A model generated the notes under the pieces. It had not been told where the DNA came from. It made no database searches and worked only from the letters and a program-made list of their open reading frames with translations. The translations under genes and the position numbers were made by a program. Shown piece after piece: positions 1 to 12,154 of a stretch of DNA of 64,000 nucleotides; position 1 is the first letter of the stretch; each line of letters starts with the position of its first letter. The stretch is from Albugo candida (lineage: Eukaryota). Where the stretch lies: positions 558,001 to 622,000 of the forward strand of contig JBDOQK010000008.1 of assembly GCA_040437565.1 (NCBI GenBank). Direction: 5' to 3'.

Positions 1-471
1 CAGATTCACTCAAAGATCCACAGATATCAGGAATCAACTTGGCTAGGATCTGTATCGTATGCAGATCTTCCATTATATTACTCGTTTTGTTTGTAATGAG
101 CAATACAAAGTAGTTTTCCAGAGGCTGGTAGACATATCGAACGCTTTCTGTATCAATAAAAGTATGCTCTCGCTGGCCGCTAGAAAGGAGCTTGGGGAAG
201 GCTGTCAAAAGACCCTGAGAGTCGCAAACGATCAGCAGTGAGACTCCAAGGAGCAACAATTCAAACCTCAATTCGAATTCGTGTGATTTCCACAAATTGT
301 CGAGCAACAAGCACTGACAGATAATTGTCAGCGTTTTAATAGAAGCCGCAGATATATGGAGTACCTTTGCCATTTCGAGTAAGAAGAGCAGCAGATAGAA
401 CAACCTACGCGTGCATTATCGAGATAAATTAATATAGGGAGACAGCACGGGTAATATCGGTTGAATACCAT
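1..471 (-). CDS. ARCN1: Coatomer subunit delta (delta-COP), 5' part; gene continues beyond the window start
   Basis: Missed by the ORF track. Manual splicing gives an ATG-only first exon (471-469), then GT-AG introns joining [81 protein letters not shown], the conserved delta-COP longin N-terminus. Confidence 0.93.
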
Positions 472-736
472 GATTCACAACAGAGCAAATATTTCCAATA
501 TGAGCACAATGAGCGATAGAATCGAGCGCGTATGGCGACAGTGGCGCTTCTTAGTTTAAAAGTAGGGGTTATTAATTAGAGCTGTTACATATAGTGTGGA
601 AGACATCAAAGCAGACAATGTTGCAGTTGCAGCAACAAGCGCGCGAGTGTGATGACACAACACTTTGCTTTCAGACAGCATTAATGACGCAGAGATAGAC
701 ACTTTGTATGCGAGCATCATTTATATCGGAACGACT

Positions 737-3700
737 TTATAAATTTGATGGCAGTGATTCGACAGCTGCCATATCTTCCACTTTTTCACCATTCACAACA
801 TATTCGAGCTTTACACGCATAAGAACAGGTTTCTGCACATAAATACACATTCATGAACAGAATAACCGAATAATCGATAACTTGCGAACCTGCGAATGCA
901 TCGTATTTTGTATTTTAACCATTTGCGTAACAGCAGAAATTGTGTTTGCAGGAAGTACTGAGCCGCTGGGAGGTTCCATCTTCAGTTTTATATATTTGGG
1001 AAATGCTGCGAGAAATACAAATTGGTCTACTTGAAATGAGTTTCTGTTGCTGAAGATCGCTCGAATAAAAGTGACGGATGGATCGTCTGTGTTCGGCTTG
1101 ACGGGTGTAAGATCCATTATGATGCCATTTTTGTCGTATCCGCGCACCGTACCACTCGGTAAAGACGGCTCCGATACGCGCAATTGTATTGGAGTGCTGG
1201 ATGCAGATTTTTGGGAAGTGGATACCGTTAAATCAAGAAGACCTCCCAGTAAATCCGTGCTGTCCGATTTGACTACTGGAACTGGTGCTACAACGACTGG
1301 AGCTGGAGGCAATGTGGGAGCTACGGAATCTTGAGATGCACCTAACGAAAAGATATCGCTGAGAAGGTCGACTGTGTTAGAAGGTGCAACAGATCCATTT
1401 TGTGACTCCTGTTGTTCTGAGGCTGAGGCTGGAGTTGTACTTTGACCTCCTCCGAAGATATCATCCAGATCCAGCAGATTGGGTGCTGTATCAGCTACTT
1501 TCTGGGAGAATGAGTCTGTATGTCGTGGGATACTATCGTCTTCTAGAAGATCTGTTGTGGTGGCAGTGAGACCACTACCGACAGTCGATAGTCGTGTGTC
1601 TCGATCTCGAAACTTGGCAATGTCGATAGGCGGCATATTGGCGAGAATCGAAGGGCGTAGAGCTGCCCAATGCTGCTCCCCTAAGATAGTATACTCACAG
1701 GATCGTTGCTGTAACTCCACCAACATGGACGTGCTGTAGGTACTAATGATCGCTTGAAGCCTCACAATCTGCTCGGTATCGTTGAATCTTGTGGTCAGCT
1801 TCACGCAAGCGTTCAAGAGATACGCTCGGGTCACATCGGTGGTCGTATGATGCCGTAAAATACGATAGAAGAGATCAATTACTTGACTCTCTATGACGGT
1901 TTTCTTGGATGCAGAAACATCTTCGTCTTTCGAGCAAAACCCGAGCATTAAATTTCCGTATTCGCCAATACACCAGACGCCCACTTGCACGAGAGACAGC
2001 TGAGATATATCGTCATGAAGAGCCCAATACAGTTTGTGAGCCACATAAGCATGGAGATCTGTTGTGCGTTGGATCAGCAAGATGAGGGAGTTGGAAATAC
2101 GGTCGTCTGGAAGTGCACCACCAGCAATCGAAAGCATTGATATCAAAGTATCGATATGCCATTGCGTCGAGGGCGCATACCGATCCACAGCATCTACGAC
2201 CAAACACTCGATCAACTAAATTTAAATTGCGATTCACGTTCACACAAACCAGCAATACGAGAACACATCGCCATTTTTTGATCATTGGACGCAACGACCA
2301 GATAATTGAGCATTTCACGGGCAAGCTATTCATAACGTTCATGTAAGATATACAACTCCAACAATCAACGAGTCAAAACGTACTGTTTGTATGTTGCTTT
2401 CATTCACTAATGCGTACACCAACTCCAGTGCTCGTTGACGAATAGAAGCATCTGGATCTTTCAAACAATCAACGATAGTGTTTGTATGTCGCTGAACAGC
2501 ACCAGCATCGTCCGTGATGACCTACAATCGACATGATCACCGTTTATGGGAAGAAGCTATAGGCAGTGATACCTTGGAAAGCGTATTGAGTGCGACGTAT
2601 CGGATGTTGTTATCTCGATTGAGCAAAAATCGACCCAAAATATTGACTGCCAATACTTTCAACCCGCTGTCACTTTGTATCGCCATAATCGTCTGGACAC
2701 ACTGATACAAAATTGCATTTCCAGCCGTCTTTGCAGTTTCGGTGTTTGTCGCTACTTGCGCTAAGACGTCGTTCATGATCTCACTTGCTTCCTCATTATG
2801 TTTGCCTAGCAAGCAGAATAAATCGATGATTGCAACTTGGAGAAATGGATCCGTGATGCCGCTGACGTCATAGTCAGATGAGTAACCCATTGACAGTAAA
2901 TTTCTCAAGATTCGAACTAGTGGTTTCACTACGCCGACAAACACCTTTAGCTGATTGGGGTCCATGCGANNNNNNNNNNNNNNNNNNNNNNNNNNNNNNN
3001 NNNNNNNNNNNNNNNNNNNNNNNNNNNNNNNNNNNNNNNNNNNNNNNNNNNNNNNNNNNNNNNNNNNNNGTGTTTGTATGTCGCTGAACAGCACCAGCAT
3101 CGTCCGTGATGACCTACAATCGACATGATCACCGTTTATGGGAAGAAGCTATAGGCAGTGATACCTTGGAAAGCGTATTGAGTGCGACGTATCGGATGTT
3201 GTTATCTCGATTGAGCAAAAATCGACCCAAAATATTGACTGCCAATACTTTCAACCCGCTGTCACTTTGTATCGCCATAATCGTCTGGACACACTGATAC
3301 AAAATTGCATTTCCAGCCGTCTTTGCAGTTTCGGTGTTTGTCGCTACTTGCGCTAAGACGTCGTTCATGATCTCACTTGCTTCCTCATTATGTTTGCCTA
3401 GCAAGCAGAATAAATCGATGATTGCAACTTGGAGAAATGGATCCGTGATGCCGCTGACGTCATAGTCAGATGAGTAACCCATTGACAGTAAATTTCTCAA
3501 GATTCGAACTAGTGGTTTCACTACGCCGACAAACACCTTTAGCTGATTGGGGTCCATGCGAGCCACTTCTTTGATGAGCTGTACCCCGCTCAGCAGCACA
3601 CCATGATTTTTGCTTTTGAGCAAATTTTGTATGGATTCGGCAAAGTCTTCGACAACATCGGGAACTTTTTGAAACACACGGATAGAAGCCAAAGCGGCTT

Positions 3701-4325
3701 TCTTACGAAGATATTGATTGTCGCTACGTAAATGACGATCAATGTCCATGATCAGATCGCGTGCCATATCAGGCTGAAAAGAAAAATGAGTCGATGAACG
3801 AAAGAAGTTGTTCATACGCACATACCGAAGCAATATTGCCAACCGCTGTCAGCGAAAGACTTACAACAAAAGGATTGGAGCTATTCAGATCACTATAACA
3901 TCAATTGGTTAGTGCGGTTCATCTCCACAAAAATGAAGCATTTGATTACTTTTTCATGGAATTGGTCACAAGCGTAAGCACTTCTTCTTGATCCGATAAA
4001 AGAAGAATCAGACCCTTATACATATTCAATCAGCCAGAGAACCAATTTCCAGAACAAGATGAGCAAGTACCAAGTATCCCATCCGCTTTTCAATAAATTT
4101 GGGGCTTGCTATCAGCTTCACACACTCCATCTGGCCAAAGTGAGAAGGATAGCCGAGCATGTGGATAAACAGCAACTTTGCGATATTTCGATGCCGATAT
4201 TGCTTATCTTGCTCTTTGAATGCTGTTCGTATTAAAGCGCTCTCTTTGGCAATAACGGCACGCTCTTCAGCCGCTGTTTTACAAGCTCGAACACGGCGAA
4301 TAAGATCGCGTAATTTCTGACTCAT
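737..4325 (-). CDS. AP1G1: AP-1 complex gamma-adaptin (multi-exon; about 2479-2969 is duplicated across an assembly gap)
   Basis: N-terminus [28 protein letters not shown], motifs [25 protein letters not shown] and ELQQRSCEY, a hinge with LLDLD/DLL clathrin-box-like motifs, and a C-terminal ear domain ending [31 protein letters not shown]. Confidence 0.95.
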
Positions 4326-4535
4326 TGTTTTCCTTCGAATGTCCTTTGAGATGCGATTAGTATCAAAATGCAAATATCCGCCCTGAAGCCCACCACACTC
4401 TTCAGTTGATTATGTCCAATGGGAGCAAAGTCATTTGTTTTATAAACCAATCCGATTTTGGGTAAGATGTTGATTATTATTAGCCAATTAAGAGGCTCTT
4501 ATCACCCCCTATCTTCATTTGATTGGGTTTAATTC

Positions 4536-6219
4536 TCATGGCGGAACAAAAGCTGCAATTCCAGTAATTGCGCGTCCAAGAATCAATGCGTGAATGTCGT
4601 GCGTCCCCTCGTATGTGTTGACTGCTTCCAAATTCACCAGATGACGTATCACATGGTATTCATCTGACAGGCCATTCCCTCCCAGCATATCTCTTGAAGC
4701 ACGCGCAATATCGAGTGCTTTACCGCATGAATTCCTCTTCACCATCGAAATCAGCTCCACTGGGCATTTTTTCTCATCCAGAAGACGACCGACGCGGAGA
4801 CACGATTGTAATCCAATGGAGATTTCCGCGGACATATCGGCAAGCTTTTTTTGAATGAGCTGGTTTCTAATGAGAATGGAGTGACGCAACAGGTAGAAGC
4901 AGAATCCTTTCAACATACGCGGCGAGTGGTGCACCAAATTGCTTTCGATCCAAAGTGTATCTTCTGGCAGCCTCGTAACAAGCATCTGATGCGATTTTCA
5001 GATACTTTCTTCGTCAAAGAGCGTTATGGAAGTGTACCTGCGGCGCCCAGCGCTCCCCATGAAATTCCATAACGAGCGCTATTAAGACATGAAAATGGAC
5101 CTTTCAAGCCTTTCACATTCGGTAGCATACAATCTTTTGGAATTTTCACGTCTTCCATGGAAATCTAGACGAAGAATGTCATACACACACGTAAATTGCA
5201 TCTCTTTGGTACCATTCCAGTTGCTGATGCCATTAGCGTGGCTTTCCCTTCGATATAAGTAGTAGTCAGACCTGGAAGATCCTAAACGGCTTGTGCATGA
5301 AATGAGAGTAAGAAGAAGTATGCGCCTCACTTTTTCGAGAATGAATCCGCGAATCTCTCCTTCATCGTCTTTTGCCCAAATCAAAAGCACATCAGCAATT
5401 GGTGCATTTGTGATCCAATTTTTCGATCCATTCAATATGTAGCTATCTCCTTTAGACTTCGCTCTTGTCTCCATGCTACACATTTCCAATCAAGACCGTA
5501 CAATGTAAAAAAGCTTTTCAAAGCTTACGATCCTGGATCGGATCCATGATTAGGCTCTGTCAAACCAAAGCATCCGATAAGTTCACCAGTGGCCAATTTT
5601 GGAAGATACTTCGTATTCAAGAAATGTAGCCTCATTATCAACATCATACGCGATATGTCCAACCTTTTCTTTCTGCTTTTCAGATCCAAACTGGTGAATT
5701 GGATGCATCACCAGCGAGGATTGGACACTCATTGCGGACCGATAAGCGCTATCGACCTGTAGCATCAATGAGCTTGGATATTTGACATTTATGGTGATAC
5801 CTCCTACCCTTTCAACGGCATTTGCAATCAACCCATACGAAACATAGCCCACGCCTGCACATCCGTAACCATCAATCGTTGGACCGAGAAATCCTTGTTT
5901 TCCAAATTCTCTCATAATCGACTTGTCAAAAACACCCTTCCGATTGGCCTCCACAATGTGTGGAAGCAATTTCGATCGGCAAAATTCATGGGAAGAGTGC
6001 TGACCAGTATCAATGATTACATCGAATTCTAATTGAACGCCCGAGACAGCGTACCTGGACGAGAAGCTCTTCTTCTGATAGCTGCGCAGAAAGCTGTAGT
6101 GGATCATCCCATTGGAAGAAAGCTTTAGATGCAAAAAATCTTGTGCTATGCAGCGGTACAAAGCGTGAAGTGGCGCGTTTCGAGACTTTTAAAAGCGTCA
6201 AACAAGCGGAAGCGGTCAT
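4536..6219 (-). CDS. GCDH: Glutaryl-CoA dehydrogenase, mitochondrial (multi-exon; alternative upstream ATG at 6261)
   Basis: Basic presequence then FQWDDPLQL; motifs [47 protein letters not shown] and [25 protein letters not shown]. Confidence 0.95.
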
Positions 6220-6309
6220 TCTTTTTCGAATGTTTTTACATTTACTCCGCGTTAAGAACATGTCGTTAAGTGGAGGTAGATAACATGATAGCTCTTAAGT
6301 CGAGGTGTT

Positions 6310-8290
6310 ATGTTCGTATCTCAACACAGCTTTATGGATTCCATGAGCATGCAAACTTCCGGCTCGTTAGAGTATCAGAACCAGTCTTTTAACACATTGA
6401 TCGATACTCAATGTCCGCAAGACGAGATAAAAGACGACGAATTTGAAACCTTTGCGCAAACAAACTCCAAAGAGCCTCTAAAAGCCTCTGAATCACTCGT
6501 ATCCGAAACCAATGGCGATATCGCGCTTGACCCCGACACAGTCGTCGCCATCTCCTCTGAGATATCGCATAAGAATCCGCCAGAAAACAAAAATCTTTCT
6601 GAACCCGCTTACGATGACGCTCTTATGCATAACGTCGATGAATACGATCCTGCAAATCCGTCGCATGGAATGGCCGACATTGGCCCAATTGGCCACTACG
6701 ACAGGAATCCAAGCCCGAGCGCAATAAAGTCCCAATCAGAGCCTCTACAAAATACTGATCGCGCTACTGAGCCATTGAGAGTGAAAGTAGAGGAAATCAA
6801 AGAAGATTCAGCGTACAATCATCCATCCTCAAAAGGCTCATTGAGGATGGAATCGCCAGTGACACACAAACATGGACTCTCGGAGGCAGCTTGGGATCGA
6901 CTGATGAACTTACAATCACTCAATGCTTTTCGAATCGCACAAGTGAGTCGATCGTGTTGGACGAAAATAAGCGCTTTACCGGAATTTGCTCAACTTTCCA
7001 TCCTGGCTCGATTCGAACGAAGTTTGACAACTATTAACGATAAAAATGGCGAGATGAAGCGTATTTATCAAGAGTATGTTGATGAGAATCCTCAAGTGGC
7101 CGCATTGCAGCCAGTCTCGGTGTATATTGATGATTATATGTCTGATCCTGGGCTTTTCAAGTACGGGTATGCTCCACCACTTCCAAAGTCTGGTATGAAT
7201 GAGACACCAGTTCCTTATGCGGGAAAATTGGGTGCGGAAGGAGGACATACGCCACGAAAAAGGTCAAATAGCGACTCGGTCCGTTCGACTGCAAGTAAAA
7301 GCGTCTCTGGTGATACCATCGACGAGTACGGGCGAACTGTCAAGAGCCCTCGCGAAGATATTTCCAATCAACAAGCTTCTGAGCCTTCTACCACGCACAA
7401 TGAATTACCAGAACCAGTCAAGCGTGAGAAACAAACCGAAACACCCAACCAAAGTGGATTGATCGACACACGTACTCGACTAGCACCCACAACACTTTCC
7501 CCGTCATCTTTGGGAAGACGATACGAGAAGACGGAAATGTATGATCGTCTCCCTCGAAGNNNNNNNNNNNNNNNNNNNNNNNNNNNNNNNNNNNNNNNNN
7601 NNNNNNNNNNNNNNNNNNNNNNNNNNNNNNNNNNNNNNNNNNNNNNNNNNNNNNNNNNNGGGAAGACGATACGAGAAGACGGAAATGTATGATCGTCTCC
7701 CTCGAAGCGTGCGAACAGTTTTGGATATCATGTATAACGAAAACCAGCTTCCAGAGACCATCAATGACAGCGTTTTGCATCGACTCGTTTGCCTTCCCGA
7801 GCATATCGCTCTCCGTGTGGTAGAAAACTTTAGCAATATCGACTTGACACACATTGGAAATCTTCAAGGCTTTTTGGTCGGAATTATCAATCGAATCAGC
7901 GAGAAAGCACAAGTGTCCGAGGACGGAGCGTACGCGACATTAAACACATCAGAAGAAGCAACGTACCCCGCGTACAATCCGCCGATGGAGAAGAATGTGA
8001 TGCGATTCGAACAGCCTCGAAATGTGTATGCACCTCCATCTCAGGATCGTATGAGCCAGCTCGCTCCGTCTGTACAGCAACACATGCACGAGCTCGTGCG
8101 TCGAGGCGTCATGACCGGCATCGATGAATTTAACGATCAGTGCTATCAACTTTTGGCTCAGGTAACTGAGCCAATGGCCCATGAAATTCTAAAGCGATAC
8201 GCCAGTGCAAATTTGCGAAATGTTCGTAATCGGAGCGGTTTTCTTGTCGGTGTCATACGCCGTTGCCGTCAGGAATTTGAGTACAATTAA
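6310..8290 (+). CDS. Hypothetical protein with two clear and one divergent hnRNP-Q/SYNCRIP acidic-domain (AcD/NURR)-like repeats; frame interrupted by a gap artefact at 7560-7659
   Basis: ORFs 6310-7559 and 7660-8290 join when the duplicated gap flank is collapsed. Repeats LPRSVRTVLD...FSNIDLTHIGNLQGFLVGII and LAPSVQQHMH...YASANLRNVRNRSGFLVGVIRR resemble the recalled AcD pattern (..DLSHVQNKSAFLCGVMK). Confidence 0.7.
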
Positions 8291-8349
8291 ACCCAATTAC
8301 AAATCGTTTGAACAGCAAATTCCATTTATGTTTACCACACAAAAAAAGT

Positions 8350-11300
8350 CTACTGCTTCAAGCCTTGAGAGTTTTTTCTATCATAAAGCCGATCGTCTCC
8401 AATGGCAGCGCGTGCAGCCAATCCTTTCTGAAATGCTTTCACCACACGGAGTTGAGTTCGAATTCGGCAAAATCCGCGAAGCCATAATTCCTGTCCACGC
8501 GCTATTGGCGACTCGGGGATCGTGACATCTTTTGCTTCCTGACAAACCGCTGGAAAGTATCGATCCGTGACACATCGCAATGCCAAGCCGAGTGGTAGCG
8601 ATAGAAATCCAAGGACAATACACGCTGTCCACTGTACTGCTGACAGCGACGTCGTATTGAAAAATCGACCTGTCCATTCCACCAAAATGATCTGCATGAC
8701 GACTTGGAGCACTGCCAGATAGATAAACAGCCGATTCTTTGTGATCCCATTGAAAATGTTCAATTCATCGTGTATTTTCCGGCAATTCAGCTCATTGAAT
8801 AGCTGCATCCACACAAACGCATTGAAAATGATTGTCAAATGGACATTTGGATCATTTTTTTGACTTTCTGGAAGATCTGTTCGTCTTCCTGATGGAATGT
8901 CAAAGATTGTCTCCCCAGTGAATGTCAATGTCAGCAGAACAATAAGCTGATAGACGGATTGCCCGATAATGTGTTTGATCATTTTTCTGGAAAGCAAAGG
9001 CTGTGTCCTCGGGTATGGCGCTCGGGTCAGTAAAGCTGGGGTCGGAGGCTCGGTTGCGAGCGATAATGAAGCAAATGAGTCCATGATAAGATTCACCCAA
9101 AGCATTTGTACCGCAGTCAGAGGCGATTGCTCAATGAAAATAGCGCCAATGAGTGCAAGAACGATCGCAACGAGATTCACAGTGAGCTGAAATTGAAGAA
9201 ATTTGGCGATGGAATCGTACACATTTCGACCCCATTTGATAGCGCTGACGATCGAAGTGAAGTTATCATCCATAAGGATGATATCAGAAGCATCTTTTGC
9301 CACAGCTGTGCCACTAATTCCCATCGCGAATCCGACATTTGCTTTCTTCAAAGCCGGAGCGTCATTAGTTCCATCGCCCGTGACCGCAACAGTTTGTGGT
9401 CCAAAAGGCATCAAAGTTGTTTGCATCAGACCAGTAACAAGCGTGTGTTTGTCTTTCGGAGAAGAGCGAGCTAAGACGCGAAGCTTGGGCCATATCTTAT
9501 CAAACTCGGATTGATCAAGTGCTCCCTTTGAGTCTAAAACACGAGCACGAAACTCTGTTCCTTCCATGATAAGTGATCCATCTCCAGATTGTATAATTCC
9601 ACATTTCGCTGCGATAGAACGAGCTGTTGTGATGTTGTCTCCTGTCACCATTCGTACAACGATTCCAGCCTTCTTACAATCTCGTATCGCATCTGGAACC
9701 TCCGTTCGTACAGGATCTTCGATACCGACGATAGCGACACATGTCAAATCCTTTTCCAAATCGTCATCACTCCATTTTTCGAGCTCACTTGCGGAAGCAT
9801 TGATATCACGATATGCTAGACACAAGGTGCGATACCCTTGGGAAGCATACTTTTCAATGATACGACTTTTGATTCCATCTTTTTCAGCGACTTCTAATGA
9901 AGTTGTCGAGCCATCAATTTGCATCAATTTTTCACATAAATCAAGCACAACTTCGGTAGCGCCTTTAGTGTACAGCCGAGCTTTTGTCTCACTCAATTGA
10001 ACCACAACAGACATTCGTTTCTTCTGACTGCTGAACGTTAACATGTGACCGATAACAGCATTCGCACGGACATCAGCGTACTGAATTCCACATTCTCCAA
10101 CAAATTGTAATAGCGCACATTCCGTCTTATTTCCCGTGTGTTCGAGTGGAGCATTGGGTATCTTTGACGCTAGTAATTCAGCTGTCGAATTGATGCACAC
10201 TCCATCATAAAAAACTTCTTGCAGCAATTTTTCGATGGCGCCAGCAACACTTTGAGCAGAATTGAATTCTTGTCCGCCGATCCAAATTTGCATTACAGTC
10301 ATACGGTTTGTTGTCAGTGTTCCGGTTTTATCGGAGCAAATTGTGGTCGCGCTTCCCATTGTTTCACACGCATCCAAATGCCGAACTAAATTGTTATCTT
10401 TTAACATTTTCTTCACTGAAAATGCTAATGCGATGGTGACAGCTAGCGGTAAGCCTTCGGGAATTGCTACGACCAGAACTGTGATCGCCGTAATGAAAAA
10501 ATTGAGATAATCGGAGACGTATTTAGACCTCCATTTCTCGCCATCAATTGCAAACTTCTCGACAGACATTCGGACTGACATGATAATAAACACGAAAAGC
10601 GCGATAACAGTTCCCAATTTACCGATAAGAATCGTCAATTTGTACAATTTGGCTTCTAAAGGCGATTGAAATTCTTTTTCATCTTTGGTGGAAGATTCAT
10701 CACGTGTTTCTCCGGAGGGTGTTTTGGTCAAAGACGCACGATCCGGTCCTGGCGTTTGGATTTGGACGTAGGCGTCTTGAATGTCCGTTGGGGATTTTGG
10801 TGGTGTTACTTCTGCTGTGGTGTTTCCTGTTATCAGAGTCTTGATGATTCCAGCTTGTGAGTTGGCGCCCACACAGACAACAAGCATTCGTCCAAACCCT
10901 TCCATCACTTTTGTCCCTGAAAACAAAAACGGATTCGCTTCACTTTTGACCAACAAATCACTTTCTCCAGTCATCGCACTTTCATCGATTTTTAATTCTT
11001 TTTCGTGAAAAACAATTCCATCGGCCGGAAGAATGTCACCCAAATCAATGCGGACAATATCGCCAACCAATAAATTGGATTTCCCGACTTCTTTCGGCTC
11101 ACCGTCACGAATGACTTTGATTTTCTCGTCTTCTTTAACAGCATTCAGAGCCTGAAATTGTCGTTCTTTTTGATAATCGTTGAGAGCGGCGACCAAAGTC
11201 ACAATAAATACAGTGCCCAAAATACACGTTCCTTCGATCCACCCCGTGTCTTTATGATCACCGACGGTCGATGACAATACAACGGAGATAGCGCCCGATA

Positions 11301-11637
11301 CAGCCAGAACAATGATTGTGATGTCTTTGAACGCTTCCCACATTAATTCTAAGATTCCGTACGATTTCGGAGGTGGGATGTAATTTTTACCATACACTTC
11401 TTCGCGACGTTGATGGTCGGATGCATCTTCAGAATGGATTCCGTACTTGAGATCGACGTTGAGGGCTTTTGCGACGCCTTGGACGCCACCGAGCTTTCGG
11501 AGATTCTGCTCACCGGTTTCCCGTGTGGATTCTACAAGACGGATGAGGTCTCCTGGCAATAGAGTGAACGGTACGGATGTCCGACTGGCGCTATTCCGTG
11601 AGGCGGAATCGCGTGAATTTGACGACATTCCTATCAC
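8350..11637 (-). CDS. Plasma-membrane-type Ca2+-transporting P2B ATPase (PMCA), intronless
   Basis: TGES, VVAIPEGLPLAVT, DKTGT phosphorylation site, MVTGDN, GDGTNDAPAL, QFQLTVN, LWVNLIMD; C-terminal calmodulin-binding-like helix RGQELWLRGFCRIRTQLRVVKAF. Confidence 0.97.
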   Translation of the reverse strand: MIGMSSNSRDSASRNSASRTSVPFTLLPGDLIRLVESTRETGEQNLRKLGGVQGVAKALNVDLKYGIHSEDASDHQRREEVYGKNYIPPPKSYGILELMWEAFKDITIIVLAVSGAISVVLSSTVGDHKDTGWIEGTCILGTVFIVTLVAALNDYQKERQFQALNAVKEDEKIKVIRDGEPKEVGKSNLLVGDIVRIDLGDILPADGIVFHEKELKIDESAMTGESDLLVKSEANPFLFSGTKVMEGFGRMLVVCVGANSQAGIIKTLITGNTTAEVTPPKSPTDIQDAYVQIQTPGPDRASLTKTPSGETRDESSTKDEKEFQSPLEAKLYKLTILIGKLGTVIALFVFIIMSVRMSVEKFAIDGEKWRSKYVSDYLNFFITAITVLVVAIPEGLPLAVTIALAFSVKKMLKDNNLVRHLDACETMGSATTICSDKTGTLTTNRMTVMQIWIGGQEFNSAQSVAGAIEKLLQEVFYDGVCINSTAELLASKIPNAPLEHTGNKTECALLQFVGECGIQYADVRANAVIGHMLTFSSQKKRMSVVVQLSETKARLYTKGATEVVLDLCEKLMQIDGSTTSLEVAEKDGIKSRIIEKYASQGYRTLCLAYRDINASASELEKWSDDDLEKDLTCVAIVGIEDPVRTEVPDAIRDCKKAGIVVRMVTGDNITTARSIAAKCGIIQSGDGSLIMEGTEFRARVLDSKGALDQSEFDKIWPKLRVLARSSPKDKHTLVTGLMQTTLMPFGPQTVAVTGDGTNDAPALKKANVGFAMGISGTAVAKDASDIILMDDNFTSIVSAIKWGRNVYDSIAKFLQFQLTVNLVAIVLALIGAIFIEQSPLTAVQMLWVNLIMDSFASLSLATEPPTPALLTRAPYPRTQPLLSRKMIKHIIGQSVYQLIVLLTLTFTGETIFDIPSGRRTDLPESQKNDPNVHLTIIFNAFVWMQLFNELNCRKIHDELNIFNGITKNRLFIYLAVLQVVMQIILVEWTGRFFNTTSLSAVQWTACIVLGFLSLPLGLALRCVTDRYFPAVCQEAKDVTIPESPIARGQELWLRGFCRIRTQLRVVKAFQKGLAARAAIGDDRLYDRKNSQGLKQ

Positions 11638-12154
11638 TTTGCTTGTGCGCTGGAAAACGGGTATTGAGAAAGATAGAGCGTGCAGAGATACGAGGACGGA
11701 GGTGTATTGGTAGATGTCGAGACAGAGATGCTGTGCTTACAGAGACAAGAGCATTTAGGTCAGGTAAGCTTTTGAAACCAAATTTTCAGCTCTATCCCGG
11801 AAAAAGAATGCGACAAGTTGATACAGTGTATTAAATGGTACGACACAACTAGGTTACTATGCTCATACTATTATAGTGGACTAACATTCAAAAATAAAGT
11901 TGATAGAGTTAACGCGACACATGCTCCAATAGATTGTGTCGGTTTATATGTGTCCAACACCCTAAGATCTGATTCTAACCTATTCGTGATGGTTGACGTG
12001 CTGAACACACGCAAATGTATACCACAGAAAATATAAAAACGGACAAGAACGGTACATGTTCCGTAGAAAATTGACAGAGAAAGCCAACAAGCTATTTATA
12101 CAGATGGAAGCGCGCGGGAAACAAATTGCAATCGACATTATCTCACACATTCAG

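Noticed and set aside
2479..2969. Apparent internal exon duplication in gamma-adaptin (similar cases in NOP14, the GH5 3' end, the protease and 59829-60290)
   Set aside because: The copies are near-identical and directly abut fixed 100-N gaps, so they are unmerged contig overlaps rather than real tandem duplications.
4410..4530. Cluster of CCAAT/ATTGG boxes upstream of gamma-adaptin
   Set aside because: Plausible promoter elements, but too short to support from sequence alone.
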